This document shows positions 11,790 to 24,257 of a stretch of 64,000 nt of DNA, in pieces. A program made the translations under genes and the position numbers. Each line of letters starts with the position of its first letter. The first letter of the stretch is position 1. Origin of the DNA: Octopus sinensis (lineage: Eukaryota); assembly GCF_006345805.1 (NCBI RefSeq), contig NC_043014.1:37634001-37698000 (forward strand). The letters are read 5' to 3'. The notes under the pieces were generated by a model. The model worked only from the letters and a program-made list of their open reading frames with translations, did not search any database and was not told where the DNA came from.

Positions 11790-12735
11790 CATGCTTAAGA
11801 AGAGCGTTTTGTAACCATGTGGTTTCGGGTTCAAACTACCGTGCAGCACCTTAGGCAAGTATCTTTTACTACAGACCTGGGCAGACCAATGGTTTGTGAT
11901 TGAATTTGATAGACTGGAAACTGTGAGGAAGTCCACACACACGGTCATTCGGAATGCTCACAGCAGCCATATTCCTACCGCTCTATGTCAGGCTGGTGAG
12001 ACCCATATTGGAGTACGGGATTCAAGCCTTTTCTCCTTATCTCCTCAAAGACATACATCATCTCGAAAGAGTCCAGAAGCTGGCTACCCGCATGGTTCTT
12101 GGTCTCAAGCATTTGTCTTATGAAGAAAGGCTGAAGACGCTCGACCTTTATTCTCTAGAAAAACGACGACGCCGTGGTGATCTCATTCTTGCTCACAACA
12201 TCATAAGCGGAAAGTGTAACCTCTCGAAAGAGCTGTTCTTCACTCCTGCTCCAGAGCGTCAGCTGCGGGGTCACTCCGAAAAGCTCTATCTGCGACGATT
12301 TCATCTCAATCGAAGGAGAGGGGCTTTCTCTGTCCGGGTTGTGGATCCGTGGAATAAGCTGCCGGACGAGATGGTGAAGATGCCGAAGACCGCTCGGTTC
12401 AAAGTCTCCCTTGACCTCAAATGGTCTGAACTCTTTACATAAACACCACCTTCTACATAACTCCATGTCCTCCTACATGGCCTTGCTTTTTGAGCCAAAA
12501 AATTAACTTAACTTAACTTAACACACACACACACACATATGGGAGGCGGGCGTTTCTTTGTTTTCGTCCCCACATCGCTTGACAACCGGTGTTGATTTGT
12601 TTACGTCCTTGAAATTTAGCAGTTCGTCAAAAGAGACCGCTGGAATAAGTACTGAGCCGATTTCTACAGCTAAATTCTTCAAGAGCGGTGCCCCAACATG
12701 GCCACTGTCCAGTGACTGAAACGAGTAAAAGAATA
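11790..12735 (+). mobile_element. Diverged family A SINE split by a CR1 insertion
   Basis: Left arm ~11790-11940 and right arm ~12525-12735; the break lies in the central (CA)n. Confidence 0.75.
11942..12522 (+). mobile_element. 5'-truncated CR1-clade LINE (RT C-terminus, 3' UTR, (TTAAC)n tail)
   Basis: ORF 11954-12442: LVRPILEYG, LERVQKLATRMV, LSYEERLKTLDLYSLEKRRRRGDLI, LRGHSEKL, FSVRVVDPWNKLP. Confidence 0.92.
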
Positions 12736-12921
12736 GAACTGTTGGAATTCCAGAGTATTTTCGTTCTGAAGAAGAGGAGTACATACTGTGAGAAGTGTAA
12801 GACAGAGTATGGGTGGATGACAGGATGAGAAAATAGACAGTTGGATCAGGTCGCCTGGCTGGGACAGATATTTATGTAGGTAGTTCAGAGGAGCAGAGGC
12901 CGTGCCGTTCTAGTCACAGTA

Positions 12922-12957
<36 letters not shown>

Positions 12958-12969
12958 GTGCGTGTGTGC

Positions 12970-13038
<69 letters not shown>

Positions 13039-13349
13039 TGGGGTGAGCCCGCATCACATTTGCGAACCGGATGCGATGCGATTGAAGTATATTGCTGAGG
13101 GATTCTTTGCAATCAACCGGATGTCCTTCTTTTATGGATGCAGTCAAGGATGTGTGTGTGTGTGTGTGTGTGTGTTGTGTGTGTGTGTGTGTTGTGTGTG
13201 AAGCTGCGGTAACACCATATTACAATGGCTTTGAAATATTAAAAAAAAATAATTATAGTTCCCAAAGTGGGCGTAAAATTAATCCAGCAATGTGGGAAGA
13301 AGAGGGAAGTAACATTAACGATATTTTGAATAAATTGTGAAATGAATCG

Positions 13350-13412
13350 TTACCATTATATATATATACATACATATATATATATATACATACGTATATA
13401 TATATACATACG

Positions 13413-13450
<38 letters not shown>

Positions 13451-13468
13451 ATATATATACATACATAC

Positions 13469-13499
<31 letters not shown>

Positions 13500-13570
13500 C
13501 ATATATATACATATATATATACATAATATATATATATATATTATATATATATATATATATACATACATAC

Positions 13571-13601
<31 letters not shown>

Positions 13602-13652
13602 CATACACATATATATATATATATATACATACATATATATATATATATACAT

Positions 13653-13734
<82 letters not shown>

Positions 13735-13735
13735 T
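13350..13735. repeat. Compound (TA)/(TACA)/(CA)/(TG) microsatellite
   Basis: Direct reading; source of the YIYI/HTHT ORFs. Confidence 0.95.
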
Positions 13736-13949
13736 TTCATTATGTTAACATGTATAGTTACATGCAAGCCATTGTTGTAAGTAACATACTTTATGTTAAG
13801 GTCAAGTACTGGAGTATTAATTAAGGAATGAATATAAAGCAATGAATTCCTAAAGTTTGGAATCTATTGAACTAAAAGTCAACAAATCAGTTTCGTACAC
13901 ATATACATACATACATACATACATGAGACAATGCAAATCCTTAATTCGT

Positions 13950-14500
13950 ATGCTAGAGATGATCACGATACCCGGGGCTATAAAAATCTGCAAGACCTTC
14001 TTAAGATTTAAAGGATAGTGGTTTTTAGAAGATACTTTCTTTCACAGCCTTAGTACCAAGTAGTTGGTTGGTCAAAGTTTATTCTAAATTAAAAGGAGAA
14101 AGAGAACGAAGGCATTACGCATGTGATTAGCAGTTGTCCTAAAATGTCGTCACGGTACTACCTCCCTATGCGGCACGATGTTGTTGCTAAAACAATTTAC
14201 GATGCCATCCGCAAAAAAGACTGTCTTGAAATAAACTTAGAAAATCCACCTGTTATAGAATACATTCGTAAACACCAACTCAAGGAATATTGGTGGAATA
14301 TTCCCATTAAAACTTCTGTCAAATGTAAGCATAACATGCCGGATATTGTTATTTGGGACAGAGGGGCAAAGGTATGTACCATCATAGAGGTCATCTGCCC
14401 TGCTGATATAAACATCTCTTTGAAAATCAAAGAAAAAGAGGATATCTATGGACAACTGCTTCGAAACCTCCAGCTTCTATATCCAAACTATGAATTCGTA
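13950..14500 (+). pseudogene. R4/Dong-type LINE fragment: zinc-knuckle remnant and restriction-like endonuclease domain
   Basis: HVISSCP..RHDVV, HNMPDIVIWDR, IIEVICPAD, KIKEKEDIY (PD-(D/E)xK REL signature); ORF-end motif KICKTFLRFK lies upstream at ~13980. Confidence 0.85.
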
Positions 14501-14649
14501 TTCATACCAAGAAGCTTAATCAATGTTGTTATCGTGCAATGCCTGTGCAAGAAGATTTTTTTTTTAAGTGAAGAAAGGCTGTGCACTGAGTCAATCCCAC
14601 TCACTAAGCAACAGCAGCCATAATCCGAAAAGAAGAACAAGTCAACATC

Positions 14650-15008
14650 ATCGGTAGCCACTGAGCCGCAGGTTTTATGTCGGAGTTATCCCAGTTACCT
14701 GAGTTACCCTCTCCTAGAAGGATACCCTAACAAAGGCTAGGAGTCCTTCACTCCCAATGGTTTAACCGCGCGATCGGGTATTCAGTCCGATTATTTCTAT
14801 GTCCCCGCGCATGATACAGCCTTAAGACATTTATTGGATGGCTGTTGACTCTCAAGAGTTCCTCCGCCCTTTGACGAATTTTGTTTTTCATCTCGCAGGG
14901 TGTCCAATAAACGCCCTCCTCACCAAGCAAGCTTGGTGGGGTTGCCGGTTTAGTCGCCGACGACCCGACCATGCAACAGGTTGTACTGGGTTACATGTTA
15001 CCAGTAAC
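14650..15008 (-). mobile_element. Probable 5' UTR of an RTE-clade LINE
   Basis: Contains GGACTCCTAGCC...TCTAGGAGAGGGTAAC, colinear with the 5' motif of the 5381-5643 element; non-coding; ends at (TATG)n. Confidence 0.5.
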
Positions 15009-15023
15009 ACATACATACATACA

Positions 15024-15055
<32 letters not shown>

Positions 15056-16267
15056 CATACAATTATTATCCTGTTGACGTCTTAATTCCAACTGGGGCTG
15101 GAAAGTGGCTCCTTATTGGTGAGAAATTTCAAAGAAACGTAAAACCAGAAAAAAAACCCACATACGCACGCATGCACGCGCTCACGGACCCCGCCCCCAC
15201 ACATACACACACACAAACAGTTGCGTACATCTGAGATAAGAAATATTTCTGCTTTATGTAACTAATGAAAGTCACAATCTGGTTTGATGAAATAAAATAT
15301 ATGAATATACACCCGCACCACCACCACCACCACCACCACCACCACAATCAGCACCACCTCCACCCCCGCCATATCATATTTATGTATTTATTTATTTATT
15401 TATTTATTATTTTGAAACGAGATATTACGTGTGAATGTTCCGCCTACCCGCCGCCTACTCGCCCCCGCAATGTAAACTTAAAAAAAAGAAAAAAATAATG
15501 TCACACATGCATATAATAAAAGAGTACATTCCCAAGCTAAGACATAACCAGTTGTTTACAGAGTAAATCCCAGGATTTTCAGGGTATATACACAGGTGTC
15601 ATGCACTGAAGAGGGTAGTAAAGAAAAGTTGCGCCGCCTATGCTTGCAAGAAGTACTCTTTCAGTACAGTTTCTGGCGATTCGTTTACAGCTGACGCAAA
15701 TATTCATCGAATTATTGCTATAAACTTTGATCGAACTTACTTTTTCATTAAAGGTATTCTTGCTGTGGTTATTGCGGTTTTTATCTTTTGTTCCAGGTAC
15801 GGTGATTCTATGTACAGTAGCAGAATTAGCGTGGTGATGGAAGGAGGAGTTGTTCGCTCTGGTCGACACTTTTATGGAAGCGGCAATTTGGGGTCTGCTG
15901 TATAAGCCTGCATAGGCTCGGGAGCCCGAGGGCCCAAGGGCCCGGGGCGGGGAAGCGTTAAACTTTTGGGCAAGGGTTCCCAACCATTTTGCTTTTTTAA
16001 TTATGGACCCCTTTTGATTACTGTTTTATTCTGGTGGACTCCCATAGCCATTCGACAAGTTTTATAGTAACTTCTTTCAAATTTTCCATTTTGTTTTTCA
16101 CATCATTAACTTGTGAAGGTTGAACTATGTAAAATGTTAGAGAAAGAATAAGTACTAGGCTTACAAAGAATAATTCCTGGGGTCGATTTGCTCGACTAAA
16201 AGACGGTGCTCCAGCATGGCCGCAGTCAAATGACTGAAATAAGTAAAAGAAAAGAATAAAAGAATAT

Positions 16268-16670
16268 GAGTGGCTGTGTGGTAAGTAGCTTGCTAACCAA
16301 CCACATGGTTCTGGGTTCAGTCCCACTGCGTGGCATCTTGGGCAAGTGTCTTCTGCTATAGCCCCGGGCCGACCAATGCCTTGTGAGTGGATTTGGTAGA
16401 CGGAAACTGAAAGAAGCCTGTCGTATATATGTATATATATATATGTATGTGTGTGTGTGTTTGTGTGTCTGTGTTTGTCCCCCTAGCATTGCTTGACAAC
16501 CGATGCTGGTGTGTTTACGTCCCCGTCACTTAGCGGTTCGGCAAAAGAGACCGATAGAATAAGTACTGGGCTTACAAAGAATAAGTCCCGGGGTCGATTT
16601 GCTCGACTAAAGGCGGTGCTCCAGCATGGCCGCAGTCAATGACTGAAACAAGTGAAAGAGAAAGAGAAAA
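16268..16670 (+). mobile_element. Family A composite SINE, full length (preceded by an extra right arm at ~16120-16260)
   Basis: Same head, microsatellite and right-arm layout as 3384-3789. Confidence 0.9.
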
Positions 16671-16715
16671 GATATATATATATATAATATATATTATATA
16701 TATATATATATATAT

Positions 16716-16786
<71 letters not shown>

Positions 16787-16867
16787 ATATTCATACTTAT
16801 GTTCGTACACACAAACACACAAACACATACACGATTAAGTTAGGCAGCTGTTTAGCTATGTATTACT

Positions 16868-17125
16868 AAAAAGGGAAACTATAATTGTCATTAAATATGA
16901 GAAGAGGGTGTTAGAACACCTACAATGCTGGAAATAAGAGCTAAAGTGCTCAGATGCTGAAGTCAACGCACCATACGTATTGACAGCGACCGTAAATGTC
17001 TGAAAGTCACAGTCGTAATATCCCTGGACCGTCGACGGTTTCGGCTTTAAGACCAAATCACTCAAGCATAATAGGTGTTCTAACACCCTCTGTTATATTT
17101 AGTGACAATCATAGTTTCCTTCTTT
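16868..17125. mobile_element. MITE with ~55-bp imperfect TIRs; partial inverted second copy at ~17300-17485
   Basis: AAAAGGGAAACTATAATTGTCA...GGGTGTTAGAACACCTA versus TAGGTGTTCTAACACCC...TGACAATCATAGTTTCCTTCTTT; superfamily unresolved. Confidence 0.75.
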
Positions 17126-17148
17126 GATACATTGCCTACATACATACA

Positions 17149-17179
<31 letters not shown>

Positions 17180-17496
17180 GCCTAATTTAATAATTTCTAT
17201 ATACGCATTAGAGATTCACTAAATCAGCCATATATTTCTATGGAGTAGACATGAATATTGCGGACGATCTTGTCCGGAAACTGGCGAGTTGTGCCGACCC
17301 TGCTGATGAGTGATTCGGTCTTAAAGTCAAAACCGTCGACGGTCCAGGGATATCACGACTGCCGTTTACGGTCGCTGTCAGTACGTATGTATACAATCAT
17401 GTGCGTTGACTGCAGCATCTGAGCACTTTAGCTCTTATTTCTTGCATTTTAGGTGTTCTAACATCCTCTGCCATATTTAATGACGAAGATATATAT

Positions 17497-17560
<64 letters not shown>

Positions 17561-17709
17561 TATGTATATATATATATAATAAATTATATACATATAATAA
17601 TAATGATAATAATAATAATATATATATGTATATATAATGAATTATATATATATAATAATAATAATAATATATATATATAATAAATAATATATATATCTAC
17701 ACACATATA

Positions 17710-18340
17710 CACATGCATATATGGGTACAGGACGTCACTAACGGTGCAAATTACACGAAATACATAAACAACGAGAAAAAAGGGAAAGAGGACAAGTAAA
17801 CACAGAGAAAGGACCCTTCATCAGCTGTTGGCTGTCCATCTACTCTTCATTTCGGGCATTCAACGACAATATGAGTCTTCAAAGACTGTTGGTTCCATAA
17901 GTACCAAAATAAAATTTGGGATTTATGGAGGGTCAAAGTTGGGAACAAAATCAGGACAGTGGAGACATACAAGGAAACTGAACGAAAGCAAACATGGAGA
18001 GTCGTTGGACCAGAACGAGAGGAAAATAGTGAACGGTGGGAGAAATGTTTTTTGAAACGAGAAAAGATAGAAGAGAACGCCTGCAACAACTTTGTTAATC
18101 GATTCGATTTCAAAAAAGATCCAGGGTTATTTTTTCAATCATATAACGACGTACATGCTTTTCTCGGGCTATTCTTTTCTTTCTCTCTTTCCGCTTTCCC
18201 TCTTTCTGACGAAGGGCCATGGTTGAAACGTCACCCGCCTCCTTTTTCCCCATCCTAAACTTTCTCTGAGCGTCAGTCTAATACATTCACAATGTGCGTC
18301 CATTTAACTTTTGTTGTATTTCCTCCTTTTTTAAAAAAAA
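17710..18340. mobile_element. Penelope-like remnants
   Basis: CTGATGAAGGG on the minus strand near 17817-17823 and CTGACGA...GAAACGTC at 18206-18232, flanked by (TA)n; no ORF recognised. Confidence 0.4.
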
Positions 18341-18364
18341 ATCTTTGAATTGCCCCCCTACACA

Positions 18365-18880
<516 letters not shown>

Positions 18881-18882
18881 AA

Positions 18883-19277
18883 CTAGCAGTATCGCCCGGC
18901 GTTGCTCGGATTTGTAAGGGAAATAACTATATAAGCATTTTTAGAGTTATAGCCAAAAAATAGCAAAAAAAATGCATTAAAAATGGAAAGAAAATGATGG
19001 TAAATTTTTTAAAAATTGTTGACTCATCGTAGACATTTTTAGAGAGTTACTTCCCTTATATAATAGCGAAAAAATGCATTAAAATGGAAAAAATGATGGT
19101 AAATTTTTTAAAAAATCGTAGACTAATCGTAGACGCGCGCTAATACCCAGAAGGGCTCGATATGAATCACGACTATAAGATACCCGGTTTTGGTTAAACT
19201 GCACCGCAAAATGTGGGAGTAGTTAGGAATCTAAATCGTAGGAGACAGACACACAACCTTACTTTTATATATAAAGA
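18883..19277 (-). mobile_element. Non-autonomous Helitron (family 1)
   Basis: Minus strand A|TCTTTATATATAAAAG ... GAGCAACGCCGGGCGATACTG-CTAG|T: TC start, subterminal hairpin, CTAG end, A/T target. Confidence 0.85.
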
Positions 19278-19579
19278 TTTCATATTCACACACACACACA
19301 CACATACACACATACACACACGTACACCTACACATGTATAATAGTTTGTAGGGAAATGTAACGGTTTGTATGTTGATGGTTGTCAAGTTGAGAAGACTTC
19401 ATATTTAGTTTTTCTAACGCCGGAGTCGTCAAATGCAAAGGTTGGTAGAACCTACAGTAGATGTTAGGCCACCGAGAATGTAATAGATATATTTTTTTTA
19501 GCCAAGTGAACTGCCCGATGATGAGCGATGTCCTATGTGACCCGCTTCTCGAAAAAAGGTTGCCCATGCCTGGTCTAGA

Positions 19580-19720
19580 GACTGTACGACAAAATTTCTC
19601 AACCGCAAGGTACTCATAGTGGATCTTAAGTAATTCTTGATCAACCTTAGTTTCGAAAAACTCCCCTCACAAACAACACAAACAGCAATTGTGTGACCGA
19701 AAGTGCCGCCCCACCTAAAA
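19580..19720 (-). pseudogene. hAT transposase C-terminal dimerisation-domain relic
   Basis: VCEGSFSKLRLIKNYLRSTMSTLRL matches the hAT ERSFS.L..IK..LRSTM motif. Confidence 0.8.
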
Positions 19721-20166
19721 GCTTTACCCAAAGTAGACCGCACCCTCTCCTGTTCTATGAAAAACATAGTGAATAATATTCTTTTCTGTTCTAGGCATTT
19801 GGGGGGGGGGGAGGGCCAGTCGATTAGATCGACTCCAGTACGCAACTAGTACTTATTTTATTGACCCCGAAAGGATGAAAGGCAAAGTCTTGGCTGAATT
19901 TGAACTCAGAACGTAAAGACAGAAGAAAAACATAGTGAATAATATTGTCTTAGATACGCCATAACGATTGAATAGTTTACAGCTGGAATACCTTTGATAG
20001 TCATGATATATCAGCGATTGGCCAGTTGGAAAGCATTAACCAACGCAAGTCGTGATATAAAGGTAAATGAGAAGAAAAATTACCTTTCTGGGTTGACGAG
20101 TAGAGAGAGTAAGAGTTGTCTGGTCCCTCATTAACATGCCATGAATGAAGATATATATATATATAT

Positions 20167-20227
<61 letters not shown>

Positions 20228-20234
20228 ATATATA

Positions 20235-20275
<41 letters not shown>

Positions 20276-20775
20276 TCACCTTGACCGACCAGTCCGTCGG
20301 GCGTCCATTTGTCACCGCTGGTCATAGCATGTTGTCCACTCCTCTCTGGATCGCGCCTTCTTCATCCACGTGATCCCGATCGCCCTCTTAAAATCATAAC
20401 TCCACCGTCGTGGAGGCCTTCCGAGTGATCGTTTCCGCTCGCGCGGGTACCACTCGACAACTGCGTGGGTCTACCGAATATCGGTGAGCCGGGCGACGTG
20501 TCCAGCCCATCTAAACTTGCCGCGTGTAAATTCTACGATGACATCCCTCACGCCGGACGTCTGCCTGATGACCTCGCTACTGATGTGCTCTCTCAACGAG
20601 ATTCCAGCATTGACCTCTCCATGACTCTTTGAGCCGTTACCAATCTCTGCTCTTCTCTCTTTGTTGCAACCCATGTTTCACTACCATATAACATTGCAGG
20701 TAGAACTGTGCTATCGATGAGGTTGGCGCGGGTGGTCCTGTCCAACCTTCCCTTGAGCACATCCCTTATGCCATT
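20276..20775 (-). mobile_element. 5'-truncated RTE-clade LINE (RT C-terminus)
   Basis: [35 protein letters not shown] and a downstream GRPPRRW-like motif; frameshift and stop; (TA)n on both sides. Confidence 0.9.
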
Positions 20776-20807
20776 ATATATATATATATATATACACACA
20801 CACCACA

Positions 20808-20856
<49 letters not shown>

Positions 20857-20868
20857 CATATATATGTA

Positions 20869-20953
<85 letters not shown>

Positions 20954-21749
20954 GTACAGAGAGAGAGAGAGGAGAGAGAGACAGTGTGTTTGTTGGAGGG
21001 AGAGAGAGAGAGAGAGGGTGTATGTATTGGGGAGAGAGAGTGTGTTGGAGGGAGAGATGATCCTTCGACAAATTCCAAATACAAAGAGGAAGAATTCTAT
21101 TTGGGTCATGAATTTATAATATTTTCCAAGCTAAATCGGAATGTCTTTGATAGACGTGGTAAATCAGTGACTGGTCTGTCGGTAAGTACTGACCAACAAA
21201 ACTATTGTTCACAAGTTGTGTTACAAAGTAAATGACAAAATATAGTTTCAAATTTTGGGTCGGGGCCAGCAGTTTTGGGGAAAAGAAAGTCGATTACACC
21301 GACTTCCAATACTTGACTGATACTTATTTTATCGGCCCAAAAGGATGAAAGGCAAAGTTGACCTCGACAGAATTTGAAACATAAATACGGACGAAGTTAA
21401 AATAATAAAGAGAGAACACCACTGTAAAATACGAAAACTAAAAGAAGCAGCATATATGCTTGGACACAACAACCTCCTAAGCAGACCGAGTGCAGATACG
21501 AATAGTATATGGGAACAGGTATTAAGGAAGTATAGGAAAATATTAGATTTAGAAGTCCTAAAAATATCTCTACAATTGCCCACGGGCATATGGCGTAGTG
21601 GTTAAGAGCGCGGGCTACTAACCCCGTGACTCCGAGTTTGTTTTTTACCTATGGACCACTTTGATTCCCATTTCACTTGGGTCGACTCTCATAGCCATTT
21701 GATATCTTTAAAAAATCCTATTATGTTTTTTATGATTAAATATTGTTAG

Positions 21750-21905
21750 AATAATAATATCATCGAAAAATACCTTAGGAATGTGAACCCAGGTTCGAAG
21801 TTTCCCCAAGACACTTGATGAAGGCTGGAGGGTATATCAGCCGAAATGTTGTATTAGCAACAAGCAAGATGAGGACAAATATCCGTCAAATGTAAATAAT
21901 ATACG
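21750..21905 (+). mobile_element. Penelope-like terminal fragment with degenerate hammerhead motif
   Basis: GACAC-TTGATGA-A-GGCTG-(10 nt)-CAGCC-GAAA-TGTT-GTATT at 21810-21855. Confidence 0.5.
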
Positions 21906-22431
21906 GACGAACTACAGTTCAGCGTACTTTTCAATGTGCTAACGGTTTCGCCAGCTCGCCGCTTTCCAATAGATGACAAACTATAAAAATAGGTACGTTG
22001 TATCAGAGCAGATTTATAGAAAAAAACTTTACATATATAAATATAAATAACGTGAAATACACGAAGGGACGAACATGAAAAACAGACAGGTCATTCAAAG
22101 CCTTCATTCTTCAGTCAAACCATCCCAAGTTTTATGATTCAAATTCAGTTTTAATCTTTTTGTTACCATATTTCTGTTGAAATACAGCTTTTCTTTCTAT
22201 TAATCCCGAAAATAACGAAGAAATTAGTCAAATAATTTCGTCATTATTAGGCTGATGTTACGACCATAACTGAACATGAAACTTTAATGGGAAGTTTTAA
22301 TCACTTAATGCAGGAAGTCTGAGCCATAGAACCAAGGACGGTCACGGACTGTTTGGTATCAGAGAGTCCCTATGTGGTCACTCGAACTGCTAGAAATATC
22401 AGCTAAATCTCTTACAAATGACGTTCTACGT

Positions 22432-23226
22432 CAGTGGTTCTCGACTGGAGTCCATATGGCCCTCGGAAGTTCATATAAAATTTTGTTTTTAAGGCTTAGA
22501 TGCAATAAATTGGTTATATTTCTATAATATACAAAATATTTTGACAAATTTTCATACAATTCTTAACAATATTTAATCATGTTTTTAAGGCTTAGATGCA
22601 ATAAATTGGTTATATTTCTATAATATACAAAATATTTTGACAAATTTTCATACAATTCTTAACAATATTTAATCATACAGGCGCAGGAGTGGCTGTGTGG
22701 TAAGTAGCTTGCTTACCAACCACATGGTTCTGGGTTCAGTCCCACTGCGTGGCATCTTGGGCAAGTGTCTTCTGCTATAGCCTCGCGCCGACCAATTCCT
22801 TGTGAGTGGATTTGGTAGACGGAAACTGAAAGAAGCCTGTCGAATATATGTATATATATATATATTATATATATATGTAGGTGTGTGTATGTGTTTGTGT
22901 GTCTGTGTTTGTCCCCTCACCATCGCTTGACAACCGATGCTGGTGTGTTTACGTCCCCGTAAACTTAGCGGTTCGGCAAAAAGAGATCGATAGAATAAGT
23001 ACTGGGCTTACAAAGAATAAGTCCCGGGGTCGATATGCTCGACTAAAGGCGGTGCTCCAGCATGGCCGCAGTCAAATGACTGAAACAAGTAAAAGAGTAA
23101 AAGAGTAATACAAATATAATAGGATTTTTTTTAGATATCAAATGGCTCTGAGAGTCGACTTAAGTGAAGTGGGAATCAAAGTGGTCCATAGGTAAAAAAA
23201 AAAAAAAAAATGGTTGAGAATTACTG
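22432..23226. mobile_element. hAT-type MITE containing a SINE and a 96-bp tandem duplication
   Basis: TIR CAGTGGTTCTCGAC / GTTGAGAATTACTG; 8-bp TSD TTCTACGT / TTCTACAT; related fragments near 16000 and 21645. Confidence 0.85.
22679..23105 (+). mobile_element. Family A composite SINE, full length
   Basis: AGGCGCAGGAGTGGCTG...AAAAGAGTAAAAGAG. Confidence 0.92.
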
Positions 23227-23819
23227 TTCTACATAATCATTTTCGTTCTATTTACCCACTAGCAACATTTTGAAAGTAAATTTGCACTCAATTCTGTTTT
23301 CTTCTGTAATATGAGTACACCATAATAAAACTTCTACCATAATAAAGCAACCGACAAAGAGGAAATTAAAAAAAAAATATACAGTTTTTAAACATTATTA
23401 TTTTAAGATCAAATAACAAGAACAATAAAAGCAGCATATAATACAGTCTTCTGAATTAGAACACCCCATTAAGTAACATAGTAATTAAAAATATAGATCG
23501 TTTAATCCACTAATATAACGCAAAAAAAAAATTTTTTTTTTTTTTACAAAATAGGTTTATTTCTAAATTTTCTTCTCCGAGGTTTTAAACATCATAATTG
23601 AAAGGAAAAATAAAAAGAAAAGACAATATTGAATCAGTAAATTGTCCCGCTGGGTAAGTAAAAAATTTTCACCAAGGGGAGAAATTTACCATAACGCTAA
23701 TCATGGTACTTACTTACCCAACCGAGATGGATGGTAGAGCTGAACTCAATGTGATCTGAACTTACAGTGTGAAAAACCGGTCAATAGGTGAATGAAAGAG
23801 TATAAACATATACATATAG

Positions 23820-23991
23820 GCGTTGGAGTGGCTGTGTGGTAAGTACCTTGCTTACCAACCACATGGTTCCGGGTTCAGTCCCACTGCGTAGCATCTTAGG
23901 CAAGTGTCTTCTACTATAGCCTCGGGCCGACCAAAGTCTTGTGAGTGGATTTGGTAGACGGAAACTCAAAGAAGCCTGTCGTATATATGTG

Positions 23992-24022
<31 letters not shown>

Positions 24023-24232
24023 ATACGTTTGTGTTTGTCCCCTCAACATCGCTTGACAACCGATGCTAGTGTGTTTACATCCCCGTAACTTAGCGGTTCG
24101 GCAAAAGAGACCGCTAGAATAAATACTAGGTTTACAAAGAATAAGTCATGGGGTCGTTTTGCTCGACTAAAGGAGGTGTTCCAGCATGGCTGCAGTCAAA
24201 TGACTGAAACAAGTAAAAGAGAGAGTAAAGAG
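23820..24232 (+). mobile_element. Family A composite SINE, full length
   Basis: Same layout as the other family A copies. Confidence 0.9.
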
Positions 24233-24257
24233 TATATACAAATATAATACATACATA

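Noticed and set aside
13315-13842. Long ORFs rich in YI/HT/CV/LS repeats here and at 18350-18880, 20593-21235, 27069-27710, 44460-44916 and 47309-60880
   Set aside because: Translations of TA, CA, TATG and TATC microsatellites, which lack stop codons in some frames.
21585-21640. tRNA-like sequence with A-box and anticodon-like arm
   Set aside because: Truncated, with no T arm or acceptor 3' strand; it is a SINE head. The same holds for other A/B-box hits.
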